Positions 36,049-48,203 of a stretch of 48,203 nucleotides of DNA are shown piece by piece (within the stretch, counting starts at the first letter, position 1; the number at the start of each line of letters is the position of its first letter). The DNA is from Kudoa neothunni (lineage: Eukaryota; Animalia; Cnidaria): NCBI GenBank assembly GCA_964304625.1, contig OZ199840.1, positions 273,509-321,711 on the forward strand. The letters run 5' to 3'. The notes under the pieces were generated by a model. It searched no databases. It saw nothing but the letters and a program-made list of their open reading frames with translations, and was not told the origin of the DNA. A program made the translations under genes and the position numbers.

Positions 36049-37049
36049 ACTAAGCTGCAATTTGAGGCGATTCATGGGGACTATCGGAAGAAGCCGTATA
36101 TATATAATAAAATGTGCAAAATGCATTATTAATGAAAGTACCATTAATTAATTGTTTATATAGATATCATATTTTATGAAAAGTTTTAAAAATAAATTTT
36201 CGCGCGAAATAATCTGACAGGGAACAGCCTCTCAAATGGTTTCCATACAATTTGTGTAAATCTCATCCGTTCTTTTTAAATCGGTTTCATGTAAATTAAT
36301 TTCAAATTGGTAATCATTCAGAGAAAAATCTTCCTACTTATTCAAATCATCGAGCACATTTCCATAATATTCAGTATATTTTCTATCGTAGGTTAATCTC
36401 GACCGTATGTAATTTTCTGGATAATACTAGATATTTGTCAATTCCATCGACAATCCAACAAGATTAGCCGACTTAAATTCATCCTCGGAGCTATTGCTTC
36501 CTACAAATATAGGACCCATCATTTTTTGACAAACAAACTAGGAGAACCAATTTTCCATCGTGAGAGTTTAAGCGCTCTGAGTGAATTCCACAGATATATT
36601 TCATTCAATCAAGTAAAGGGTACTCTGAAACCGATACACAGTAGTCTATATATACATATGGATCGATTTAATAGTCTTTTCTCAATGATATTAAAATAAA
36701 TTAAGGCCAAGATCTGTTTTAATGATAAATGCTACTCTTTAAAAATTCCCCATTTCTGACAAAAATATTTTTTTTTTGCGAATGCTGAAAAGAACATGCA
36801 TGAATTGTATTTATTATTGTGATTGATCATATAAATATCTGATAAGCATTTATAATACTTTTTAAACTTTAGCTAGAGTTTTAGATTTTTTAACAAGTTG
36901 ATAAATTTTTTTAAAATTATTTTTCGATAAAAACAAGTCTTGTAATAACATAAGATCTATATTAACTAATGAAAACTCCATTTTTGAAACCGATTCGCGA
37001 TTTCTTTTGATAGTCCCCGATAAACCACCCAACTTGCAATTTAGCTACC
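36049..37049. mobile_element. ~1-kb non-autonomous inverted-repeat element, Merlin-like ends
   Basis: CTAAGCTGCAATTTG...GGGGACTATC at the left pairs imperfectly with GATAGTCCCC...CAACTTGCAATTTAG at the right. The right end reads GGTAG on the minus strand. CATTACAG occurs at both edges (36041-36048 and 37049-37056). Confidence 0.55.
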
Positions 37050-38114
37050 ATTACAGTTCGATTCCATTATTTTTTTCTATGTATGCGTTCGGATCAGTTG
37101 ATATATCTCTGTTCATTATTAGTTCGCCATGATGTCTTCGTCCATCAGTCGCAATAACAAACGTGAATGCAGTAAATAACAAACAGTAGATCACTAACTT
37201 AAAAGCTAACAAGGTTAACCCCCCGCCGAGTAAACTCCGTCCTCTGAATAGCCAAAACAAATGATTAACGACATTCACGATAATTATCACACGCCGTACT
37301 CAGATGAAATCTAATTTTTTAATCTGTTAGATTATTGTTTATAATTAGAGACCGTAATTTTCGACGACTATTTTTAAAAAAGTTGACGATTATTTTAAAC
37401 TAGCGCATGCGTGACATTAAACTTTGTTTATCGAGCTAAATCTCAATGAAATAAACATGAATATAATTTCCTATAAAATTTTTTCTCTTAGAATATAACA
37501 TTTAAAGTATTCCCATTCGTTTAAACGCTAGATTCACTGTATAACTTTTGAGAAAATGCTTAATTTTGATAAAATTCATTCCACGACTGTAGATGATGGC
37601 GATGTATGCACCGAATCTTGACCCACCCTAGATAATATGAAGTATTATCGATTTGTTAATTCTCTAAAAATCTAGGTCCCATCATTTTATCGTTTCAATA
37701 AAGTGAGAATTTTGACAACTCTTGCTGTGGAATTTCTCGTTGATCGATGTTACCAAATTTTGGTATAATTTTTTTAGATCAATTCTCTAATTTTAATCTG
37801 TTTATTCGCTCATATAATTGTCAATTCGTCCGCTTTTTCCTGTCCATAATAAAACGTAAAATGACAGACAAATTATCTCGATTGTAGCCGAACACAAAAA
37901 TATTTTTAAAAAACTCGACGCTTTTCAACGTTTATCGAATTTTAATCTAACGTTACGGCCTTTATGTATAACCCATATGAGAATTATAAATGTTCCTATA
38001 CTGCCCTTAGATAGTTTTACCAGTCTTAGTACATAGTTACGCGATATTTAGTGCAAAATAAAAAAAGAACGTCGCAAAAAATTGCTTCCATACTTCTGAT
38101 GACCCATGATATAG

Positions 38115-40446
38115 TTAACCTTCCAAATAAAATGGAGTAGAAATCTACCCCGCGTGATGTTCGAAGTCGTTTTTTTGAACTAATAAATAAAAGATCAATG
38201 TTTAAAATTCAGTCTAATCTTGTAACCTATTTTATAGTATAAATATAAGGAATAAATAGGTGTGCCAGTTAAATACAAAAAAAATTTTATTTCAACAATA
38301 CCTTCCAAGTAAAAATGGGATAGAAATCTACCCCAGCCTTTTTTTTAAAGTAGTTTGAAATATAATGTTATATAATATTTAATTAGTTTTTTATAAATTC
38401 TATCTAGTAGATATCAAGTAATTTCAAGAAACTTTATCATTAACTCACTGGGGCATATGCTCTCCTCTGGCTCACTGGGGCATATGCTCTCCTCTGGTTT
38501 TGTGTGTGATGAGTTCGTGCGAATTCACTGAAAATTGTTCAGACTCCGACTCATCGGGCACTTATTACGGTATTTGGATGAAGAATCTTCAAATAGATGA
38601 GATTTTTATATAAATATTCCAATCAACAATCTTATTGAAAAGAATGGGGCATTATGGGAGACTGAAGCTCCGTTATCTACTCGAACGCCAGCCGAAAACC
38701 CCTTGTATAATCGTTTCGGCATTGCAACCTTCATAAAACAGAATATTAACTCGATGGTCGATACATTTCGGACATTCTTCAATCAATAAATGTACGACCT
38801 GATTTTAAAATACACGAATCAATCTGGACCCCACATTTATGGTGATACGTATATAAACTAGACAAAATTGAACTAGATAAAATTGAACTAGACGCGTTTA
38901 TTTGTTGTTTGTTAGTGATGGGTGTCCACAAAAATAACCAAGAACCGTTAAAAGAATTGCTTAATCCTGAAGAGGGTAGAAAAGTATACCGTGATTTGTT
39001 TTCTCTCAATAGATTCTGTCAAATCATGCGTTCCCTTCATTACGATGACACAGAAACAAGAGAAATAAGGAAGGCTGCGGACTAACTTTGTCATATACAT
39101 GAGATTTGGGGAATTTGGATAGATTTATTTGCTTCAAGTTTCCGCCCATACGAGGATATTTGCATTGATGAGCAACTCGTTGCTTTTGGGGATTGTTGTA
39201 AATTCAAACAATATATGCCAATGAAACCCCCCAAGTGTGGGTTAAAATTTCTCTTGTTAGTGGATCATCTTCTATCGACTTATGTATCCAATATATGTCT
39301 ATATCCGGGGAAAGCGTAGTGGTGAAGCTGTAAGAGCTACAAATGCAGGCAAAGAAATCGTGTTACATTTGATAGAGCCCTTTCAAGGTTCGGGACGAAA
39401 TTTGATTTGCGATAATTTTTTTACGTCTGTAGGATTGACGGATGAATTGTTGACCCAACAAATTACATTGGTGGGAAAAATGGGCTCTAATAAACGAGAG
39501 ATTCCAACTTATTTGAGGCCCACTGGAGCAAACATCGTAAATTCTTCTCTTTTTGTTGTTAAAAACAAAAAGATGATATTGTGATATTTGACAAAGAAAA
39601 ACAAGCATATTTATATGCTCTGTACTTCTTCATCAAATACAAACATAGCTGATGAACCACCACATAAGCCAGAAGTTAAAACTAATAACAACTCACTCAA
39701 GGATGGAGTTGATACCATCACGAGAATGTTGACATCCTTTATTGTAAAAAGGACCACCAGACGTTGGTCTCATGTATTTTTCAACGCGTTAGAAATCTCG
39801 TTGATCAATGCTTTCTGTATTCATAAGGAAATATTTAATTCTGCGAATCTACTGAGGAGAGATTTTGTTAAAAAATGGCCGAAGAAATGATCTCCCCATG
39901 ATATCTAAGAATTGCCAATATGTGAATAATGTTCCACTAATTCGAAGAACAGGCACAATTAGTCAAACCAACCAAAATAATGGAAGATGTCAATTGCTTG
40001 GAAGCAACGACGGCATAAAAACTGTCAATGGATGTGATGTTTTCTCTGCGTTTTCCTGTAAAAAAAACATTTTTGACATGTTTCAAGAAATAACACCATT
40101 TTCTCGTCATATTTGTTGATTCTTGTGTAAATATTACATTTATTAGTGCGCGATAAACTGACAAAAAATATTTTGCGTTAAAAGAATATCTTCAAGTTAA
40201 ACAAGTAAATTTACTGTTGATAAGACAAGCGCGTACAGTGAAAAGCACTAAGTACTTTATAATTGGCGCACGGGGCTAATAATAATGTTGCTTGAATTAT
40301 TTGAAATCAATTCAATAGAATTTATTAAACTATTCGAGATTATATAACTTTATATTTAAAGCAATTTTAGCAACAAAAATGTTGGGTAGATTTCTACACC
40401 ATTTTTACTTGGAAGGTGTAAATTTTCGTGTGACTCAGAGGGTTAA
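38115..40446 (+). mobile_element. Decayed piggyBac (PGBD4-like) element
   Basis: TTAA-CCTTCC left end and AGAGGG-TTAA right end. A ~35-bp motif at 38119 and 38301 is inverted at 40384-40416. Transposase fragments IDEQLVAF, QYMPMKPPKCGLK, GRNLICDNFFTSV and GVD. Confidence 0.88.
38444..38497. repeat. Perfect 27-bp tandem duplication
   Basis: CTCACTGGGGCATATGCTCTCCTCTGG occurs twice. Confidence 0.9.
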
Positions 40447-40834
40447 TGTTGAAATGAACAAAAAAGTTAAGCTCTGATGTCTATGATATTGTGATATAAT
40501 TAGGGTTACGAATATCTAAAAAAATTCTGCTCCAAAAAGAATAAACCTGAAAGTGTGTTCACTACTACATTCCCAGTCATTTTGTAAGTATTTATCGATA
40601 CCTTCTTTCTCTTAATAGGATGGCCTTTTTCCAAAATGTTTTTTACCGCGATTAAATATTAATAATTAATTTTAAAAATATAGTATAGTATTTAATTCTT
40701 TATATGTTGTCGCATGTTTTTCTAAACGTTAGAATTAGTCGTATACATTGTTTTCGTGGTGGAATAAAATATAAAAATATAATGTGTGTAGTATCGTTAC
40801 TATGAGCATTATTGCAGGCGCTAACATTAGCGCA

Positions 40835-41484
40835 ATGGCGAATTTGAATCTTTTGGAGGGAAATGATGTGAACTCTTGGATGACCAAATTTGATATGGTC
40901 ATGCTCCATAGAAAGATTTCCAAGGAGAGATAGACGCTAGAGCTCCTTGTTTTATTGGCATCACCTGTCTTTTCAGTCATCCAGGTGACTGGTTTTGGTA
41001 TTCAAACTCCATATGAAACTATAAAAGAGTTTCTAAAAGGTATATATGGAACAATCAAAGATACATTTGTGTCCCAACGAGAATTCTACACATGTGTTCA
41101 AAATGAAACTCAGAGTTCAGTTGAGTTCGCGGAAGATATGTGAGGGAAGGAAAAGAGGCTTATCCAATGATACCTCATGTGCAGCTCGACGAAATACCAA
41201 AGAATCAATTTATTTACGGTTTAGCATCTGCAGAAACGAGGAAGAGCTTGTTGGTGACAGATCCGTCATGTTTAAACGAAACGATGGTTTTTGCTCAAAA
41301 GTTAGAATTGGCTGTAAAAAAAGTTGATATTATTGATGAAAAAAACTTGTGACTCAATTGGTATTTTTTTAAAAAGAACGATATGCTGAACAAAATATTG
41401 AGCGGATTGAAATCGTTGGAAAATAGAAAGAAACGAGATAAATGTTATAATTGTGGTAAGCTTCGTCATTGTAAACACAGCTGC
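40835..41484 (+). pseudogene. Ty3/Gypsy-like gag remnant
   Basis: Fragmented gag-like ORFs (QFIYGL...FAQKLE) ending in a CX2CX4HX4C knuckle CYNCGKLRHCKHSC at 41443-41484. Confidence 0.6.
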
Positions 41485-41925
41485 TATCAAATTTCCAAAA
41501 CAAGTATGCTCTAATAATTTGATTGATTGTTGTTTAGTTATTTGCTTTATAACATACAAAATTAATGGAAATAGAATTAATCTTACAATCTTTGCGCATG
41601 TACCATTGTTGTGGAATGAAACGCTATCATATTAATTCAGAATTATTACCTTAAAATGCTAAATAAAATAAATGATTGATATAATTTTGATTTTAAATAA
41701 TAAGTATAATGTTTTCGATCATTTCTGAAGCTCTTCTTAAGCTAAAATTACTACTGGATAATTTTCAGTCTTAATCGTTATTGGTTTTTAACAACAATAG
41801 ATGTACACGATTCATTGATAATGATAGTTCGAACCCGATTAAGAATTAATGAATAAAATTATTTACGAATTACCTAACACAGCTATAATCTACCTTTTAT
41901 ATTAAGAAATTAAATTAACCCGAGT

Positions 41926-43450
41926 ATGAAGTTTTACTTAACAATCTTCATCTATATTATTTTAACCTTCATACCTTTTTCTTCTCTAAATAGTAATTCA
42001 ACTTTATAAAAAATTCATTCTCAATAATTTTAGAAAGTACCAAATATGAATTTAGTAATGAAAAAAATTATAGAATACCGTTAAGATTATATCCTATAAG
42101 ATATTATCTTGATAAAACGACAGCTACATGCAAAAAATTTGAGTACAGAGGAGCTGGTGGGATTAACTTCAATAATTTTGCGTCACTAGAAGAATGCAAC
42201 AAAGAATGTACTCTTACACCTTATTATCTATATATATGATGAATTAGTTGAATATGACTATGCGAGCCGTGTTGATGTTTGCACAGATAGTAATACCTCT
42301 ACAGATGATCTTAGCAACAATGGGAACGAAGATTTCAACGTTTGTGAAAAAAGTCCCATCACCAGATATTATTTCAAAAAAGGCACTGGTATTGAGGCAG
42401 GAGAATGCAAAAATTATAACTATAAGGGATGTAATGAGCCTAAATATTCGTTTCCAAGTGAAGATGCATGCAAGGGCATGTGCACAAGTAATGTATTATT
42501 CATTTGTGGTATTTTTAATTTAAAATAGCGAAAGTATCACCCCTCCCAAAACCAAACAAGGTTGACTGCGAAGTGGGTGCGATTTTAACCTCAACTGCAA
42601 CGGGTGCTCAAAGAGAAATCAAGATCGTACGCGACAGTGAAAAGTCTACATGTGTCCATGCGATAGTAGACAAAACAAATGGATTACGTGGTGTCTTCGA
42701 GTCATTTTCTCAGTGCCAAAAGAAGTGTCACGGTAATAAAAATAAATTAATTAAATAAATAAGATTAATAAATGAATTTAGTTGGTGCCGTCGCAACTAA
42801 AAGATGCGAATCTTCCCCATACCAACCAACAACTGAAGGGCACATAACAACTAAATATTATTATAATTCAAAAAATAAATTCTGTATGCAAATGTTGGCG
42901 GTCGATATTGAAGTAGATTCAACCAAAAATTATTTCGATACTGCTGGAGAATGTATTAGTGCCTGTCCAGCTCGTATGTTTCTGTTATAACCTAAAATTA
43001 TATTATTTAATTTTTAAAGTTAACGACGATCCAACAGAAACCAATTTTCCCGATATATCCCCCGTATGCAGCGAACCAAAAGAATCTGGTAATGGAAATG
43101 AAGCAAGCACACTACCAAGATGGTACTATAATGATACACAAAAGGCGTGTAAACGATTTGCATATACTGGAATTGGTGGAAATGCGAACAACTTCGAAAG
43201 CGAAGCTCTTTGCAATTACATTTGCATCGAAGGATTGATTGAAGTTACTTTACCCGAACTAACAACTACCCCAGCACCTACAACTGAGACTATTACAACC
43301 TCTACAAGTGACGACGAATCTGAATCAACCTCTTCTGATACTCCTCCTGGCTCACCAGTGGCTGAAGATCTCGATAACCATGAAGATACAGCAAGTGAGC
43401 ACGATCCAGCTGAAGCAGCGGAGGAAATCGAACAGCCGGATGAAGAATAA
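41926..43450 (+). CDS. Secreted five-domain Kunitz/BPTI-like protein with Thr/Ser-rich and acidic tail (~435 aa, 6 exons)
   Basis: Exons 41926-41992, 42034-42207, 42248-42487, 42529-42732, 42782-42973, 43020-43450. Phase-1 GT-AG introns of 40-49 nt. Signal peptide MKFYLTIFIYIILTFIPFSSL. Kunitz motifs such as RWYYNDTQKACKRFAYTGIGGNANNFESEALCNYIC. AATAAA at ~43486. Confidence 0.9.
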
Positions 43451-44240
43451 CATACGATATAACCTTATGCAATTATTACATCTGAAATAAAATATATTAC
43501 AGAATATTTTTATTATTTTTATAATTTATTAGTAAACATATTATTTAATGATATATTAGTTATTATATTTATTGATAACGTTATTTTATAGTGTTAGAAT
43601 AGATCTAATTATTTTATCATTAAAATATCATCCATTTAATCAAACATTTCCTTAGAAATTTTAAGCTAAATTTATATTTTGAATACGTACATTTACTTTT
43701 TTATAATTCTTTGCAAAAAAGCCAGAAATGCTATAATGGAACTAATTTTATCAAATAATTACTAAAAAATAATTTCTTAATTTATAAAAATTTATTTTGT
43801 ATCCAATTATAAAAAACAAATTTCAATTATGTGTCGCCTTAATAATAATGAATAATCAAATTTGGCAGGGCACCTAGTTGACGCATGAGTTATAAAAGGT
43901 TGTACAATACCCTAGTTATTAGAATTTTCAACTTAATAATATAACTGCCTTATTATCATTAAAAGCTTATTTGTTTGAAATAACAAATTTGTCGTTACCT
44001 ATAAGTGCGTCAGAAATATACTGAGATTATATTTTTTAAGGTATATTTTCAGCTGCATCATAGTTACTTCTTATACTACATCGACTATTTTAAGCGGTGG
44101 TTTATTATTGTCAATTTATTGCGAAAAAGATGAATAATTAATCTAATGTCTTGAAAGGAGGAGAATTTTTAATTCTGACAAAATCTAAAATAAGGAGTAA
44201 AATCAATTTATTGGATTTTCTCATTTTAAAATTATTATAG

Positions 44241-45160
44241 CTATTGATCGATTCAATTCTACTCTACATTTGGTATTTATAGCGAATGATTATTCATGCA
44301 GAGTAGTCGTCAAACTTGATTCTTGTGAATCCGGAAGTTCAGTGTCAATTTTAGCGAAGATTCTTAGCCACGCTTCAATCATAGACATTGAGTTATACGA
44401 GAAGTTACCCTTGGACGAAGTTGAGTCTACCTCTTTTTATATATCTGCAGTATCAAAAGACACCAATATTGAAAAAGGAAAAAAATTGAATATGATTGAC
44501 TATAATAATTCCAAATACAAATAAGGCTATTATGAAGAGCCGTTATCTTTTCCTGGCGACGGATTCGGTCGTAAGGATTGTATAGCATATAAAACAGTCA
44601 AAAATTATAACCTTCTTGATTGTAATGTTGATTCCGAATAAATTGTAGAAAATAAACCCGACTATAATTAAAACTTGATTTATGTTACTGTAGATGGTTG
44701 TGTGATTTGTTGGAATAGTATATATAATAAAAACAAGAATATAATTATCGACACTTTGGACACCACCTCAACATCAGTTTATTTCTGCAGAAAAAGTGTA
44801 GATTCGCCTCAATCGTTATGGTTAGTAATTGGGACTAACGATGGCAGCATACGCTTCTTTTATATTGATGATATAACAAGAACAACTGAAAGATTCGATC
44901 AATCGGTTGTCACCCCCAGAACTGCTAGACATGAAGGGCGTGTATTTGGGCTGGTATATCACGCTGTTGAAGCATGCCCACATCGATTACATTATTGTGC
45001 AAGTGTTGGAGAGAATCGTTCTTATAATATGGAAACAATGTGAACAATAGCTTACAAATAAAAAAGTCTATTTTACATTATCAGGATTGTTTTCAATGGC
45101 GATTGGGCCTCATTATGATCACAATACAAAGACAGACAACAACGGTTATTGGGTAGGTGG
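44241..45160 (+). pseudogene. Degraded WD40-like gene
   Basis: One frame runs from 44243 to 45043 with three internal TAA. WD-like segments VTVDGCVICWN, LVIGTNDGSIRFF and RHEGRVFGL...CASVGEN. Preceded by a 44-nt GT-AG intron. May continue at 46045-46431. Confidence 0.5.
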
Positions 45161-45230
45161 ATATTGCGAATTTTTCGTTATGTATCATTATTTTATCGTT
45201 TTATAAGGTGCAGTTCTATGTTATAAGTCT

Positions 45231-45990
45231 TTAAGCTATTACGGAAACATTTTGAATTATTTATTAAAATAAATTTTTATATGCTGAAACTTTTTAGAGT
45301 GAATGAACTATATCTACGAAAAAATCGGCCAAAAAAAAGTCACGACATCATGCTGAATCTTGGTAGCCGGTAAGTACCCCATTACCCCCAAAAATATATC
45401 TAAGCAGTCAGTAAATCCTTATATTCTGTGTTGCATAAGCAGTAACACCTGGGGCTTTGTTCAAAATATTTTCTTTGCACACTTTCGATGTTTTTGGGGA
45501 CTTCAGTATTCCATATTACACCATTTTTGTCGGAGTATACATCAAGGGTTTCAATATCATTATCATCAGATTCGAAAGAATTAGAAGAGTTATCGCTATA
45601 CTGTTCCACAACAACGGATTCACTGCAGTAACTTTCAGAACTATCCGAATATAATAAGGTCTCTGTTATGTATTAGAGAAGGGACACGTATCCAAACCAA
45701 CAAATAATACAAATCACTAATAAGGTCCCGGGTTCACAACCGGGCGCCGCCATATCTAATAAGGAATTATAACAAACACTTTGTTTGTTATTTTCCCACA
45801 CACAACATTCTCGATATCCCGATGTTCGATATAGGATAGTCAACTTTTTTTTCAGATTCCTGTAACCAGCGTTGTAACCTTTTCGACGTATATAAACTTT
45901 TACTCTAGCGCTATACCCAAAAATACGAAATAACATTCAAAAAATGCATTTTTTGTAAAATTCAGGATCTTGCTGTCGGGCAGAGGTTAC
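45231..45990 (-). mobile_element. Internally deleted piggyBac-like insertion (boundaries approximate)
   Basis: ORF 45400-45609 (acidic stretch, then KNGVIWNTEVP) resembles KNGALWETEAP in the 38-40 kb element. An end-like sequence GGGCAGAGGTTA lies at ~45978-45989. Confidence 0.45.
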
Positions 45991-46926
45991 TTCAAATTTT
46001 GATCGGATTAATCAGCTAAATTACACATTCGAGCATTCGGTATTGTGAAAGAAGGAAGAAATTTTATTACAAAATTGGAACTATTAAATATTATGATTCA
46101 ATTACCTCAACCTAAAATGCCAAAAAGTTCCTCAATAGCGCCAGAGGATACCATGAATTCTGTTATTGTGAGTTTTATTCAAATTAAAATTAGTTATCCT
46201 TCTCTGAATAGAATTGTATCTAATAAATCTGATATAATGAACTTCAATGTTGCTCTCTCAGTAAAGGAATTACAAATAAAAATACATTTAACTTCAAATT
46301 GCGTTATATGTTTGGATTGTGCCAGAGCACCAAAAAAGGCAAATATTCTAGTGTTTTCAACACTGAGAAAGCAAAACTTTTTGCTGATGATCTTAAATCA
46401 CTGGTTTAAGTGGAACAAAAGGTTTCATTAAAAATTTAAAGATTCTCTGTTTTTTAAAAATTCACTCTTCCTGGAGAAGGGGGGGGGGGGGAAGTTGACG
46501 ATAATACTGTTACTGATTAAGTAACTAAATTTTATAAGGTAAAAAGTAGATATGAAATATAAAACATTAAATCTCGATGAGACCGCTTTTTTCCTACGAA
46601 CAATGCACTCAACGAACATATGATACAAAGAAAGAGTTGAATTAAAAGAAAATGAAACAATAAAAAATCATGAAATAGAATTATAATGTGCTTTATTTAT
46701 AGGAGTAAAATTTCCACATAGTGTCATCGGTAAATTTAACGAGACAACCTGTTTTAAAGGAATTTATGAACTTTCTGTTAAATATTAACGATCAAAAAAG
46801 TGGATGGATGTCTTCAACTATCTTCATGATATTACAAAAACTTTCGATGAAAAGTTCGTATATTATTAGATCGATGCCTTTCACTTCTTTAATTTAATAG
46901 TACAAATAAGATAGATCTTTTTCTGG

Positions 46927-46940
46927 TTGCGCATGCGCAA
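46927..46940. promoter_or_regulatory. Perfect palindrome containing the NRF1/EWG consensus
   Basis: TTGCGCATGCGCAA in a small CpG-rich patch. Confidence 0.35.
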
Positions 46941-47093
46941 TATCGAGACCTTACTGCATATATTGCCGGATGCGCTCACATCTACAGTCGTGCGATTCGG
47001 TAGTCCCCGCAGATGATCGTCGTTGTTTTCTCTTACTTTATTTGATAGTCTGTTTAATTTTAATAAGAAGTATATAATAATTTTTACAGTCGT

Positions 47094-47322
47094 TTAAACC
47101 AATAAAAACGTGGAGCCTAATAGGTCCCAAAAAGCACAAAGTGTATTAAGTTTACTTATTTCCCTTATAACATTAATATTTTTATAAAATAAAATAATAT
47201 CCATATGTTCCTTTTTAGAGAATACACCGGATATAAATCTTACCTGATTCCAATAAATATATAAAGTTAGTAACACAAAATGATTTGGGGTCTAATAGAC
47301 CCCAAAGCGCTCGTAAGGTTAA
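47094..47322. mobile_element. Short TTAA-flanked piggyBac-type miniature element
   Basis: Right end TTTGGGGTCTA-A-TAGACCCCAAA...AAGG-TTAA, with a degenerate copy of the palindrome near the left TTAA. Confidence 0.5.
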
Positions 47323-48203
47323 AACTTCGCAATTGTCATAATTGAAAGTCATGGATGTTATCTTCTACATCAATGACATCGTCAATGTTTTCTTCCGGTA
47401 AAATGACAACATTGATACAATCAGCAGGGCCAAATTCATCAATCTAATCGATATCATCGCTTGGTCTGACAAGTCTCTCGACATTCATGGTAGGAGATTA
47501 GAGAACCTCGTGGGTAAATAATAAAGACATAATATTGTGAAGCATTTCTTCATATAAAGAATGAAACAACTTTTTTAAATTTTACATAAAATAAACTTTA
47601 AGTTATTTAGAATATTTTTAAATAAAACGTATTATTATGATAAAATTTCTGTTTTTCTTATTAAGTCAATTACTAGTAAGAAAATTTGAAAATGTAAATA
47701 CTCACCTATCATCTAGTATGTATAAATTAATTTTTCATAATTGTTAATTGCTACATGAAAACCGTAAAATTTCGTCATTTCAAAATTTTTCTATAAATTT
47801 TCGCTAAATATTTAGAAAATATAGATAGAAACTTAGAAATTATTAAAATCAAGCATCACGATTATTTGAAGATTCATTAATTTTCGTGACGTAGACAATG
47901 TTATGTAAGAAACTTCATTTTATTTCGACTTTAATGTTATATTATTTTCAAATAATAAGAATTTTTTTATTTAACTTTTCTATAATAATTCTTTCCAATA
48001 AAGTCAAGCTCAAAATATTAATATTTTAATCTTGAAATTTATTAACATAATCAAATCACAAGAGCTTAAACTATAATTACAGTCATAACAAACTAATTCG
48101 GGATTAATATAAAATAGATGAAAATTTATGAAATCACATAATTAAAAAAAGCATCGGAGATCATATTTTCTCTCTAACGTCGCAAATAAAATTCAAAAAA
48201 CAA

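Noticed and set aside
38444-38497. CRISPR-like repeat
   Set aside because: Two adjacent copies with no spacer, in eukaryotic DNA.
44522-44671. In-frame TAA codons as possible stop-codon reassignment
   Set aside because: TAA terminates genes A, B, C and the Kunitz gene, so pseudogenisation is simpler.
46479-46491. Poly-G run
   Set aside because: An isolated homopolymer with no supporting context.
47330-47715. Possible minus-strand exons (GTGAGT donor near 47700)
   Set aside because: I could not build a consistent open frame or recognise a product.

Overview
AT-rich eukaryotic (animal-like) DNA with very short GT-AG introns, mostly 38-52 nt, so the six-frame ORF track breaks real genes into single exons. 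The main content is three paralogues of one 10-exon gene: A (455-3434, minus), B (16867-19851, plus) and C (29331-32351, plus). Each encodes a ~860-aa type I membrane protein with a signal peptide, about 7 tandem modules of a 4-cysteine fibronectin type III (FN3)-like domain mostly one per phase-1 exon, two micro-exons, one transmembrane (TM) helix and a 5-residue tail. The copies are mosaics of one another: membrane-distal modules are highly variable and membrane-proximal modules are near-identical, as expected for a recombining variant surface protein family. I do not recognise the family. The genes lie in a transposon-rich region with Merlin/ISXO2, hAT, BEL/Pao, Tigger/pogo, several piggyBac elements and a Gypsy-like gag remnant. 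Three copies of a 1.45-kb non-autonomous hAT element in alternating orientation bracket genes B and C. The right end has a 6-exon secreted five-Kunitz-domain gene (41926-43450) and a degraded WD40-like gene. Exon boundaries were derived by hand and no database search was run.
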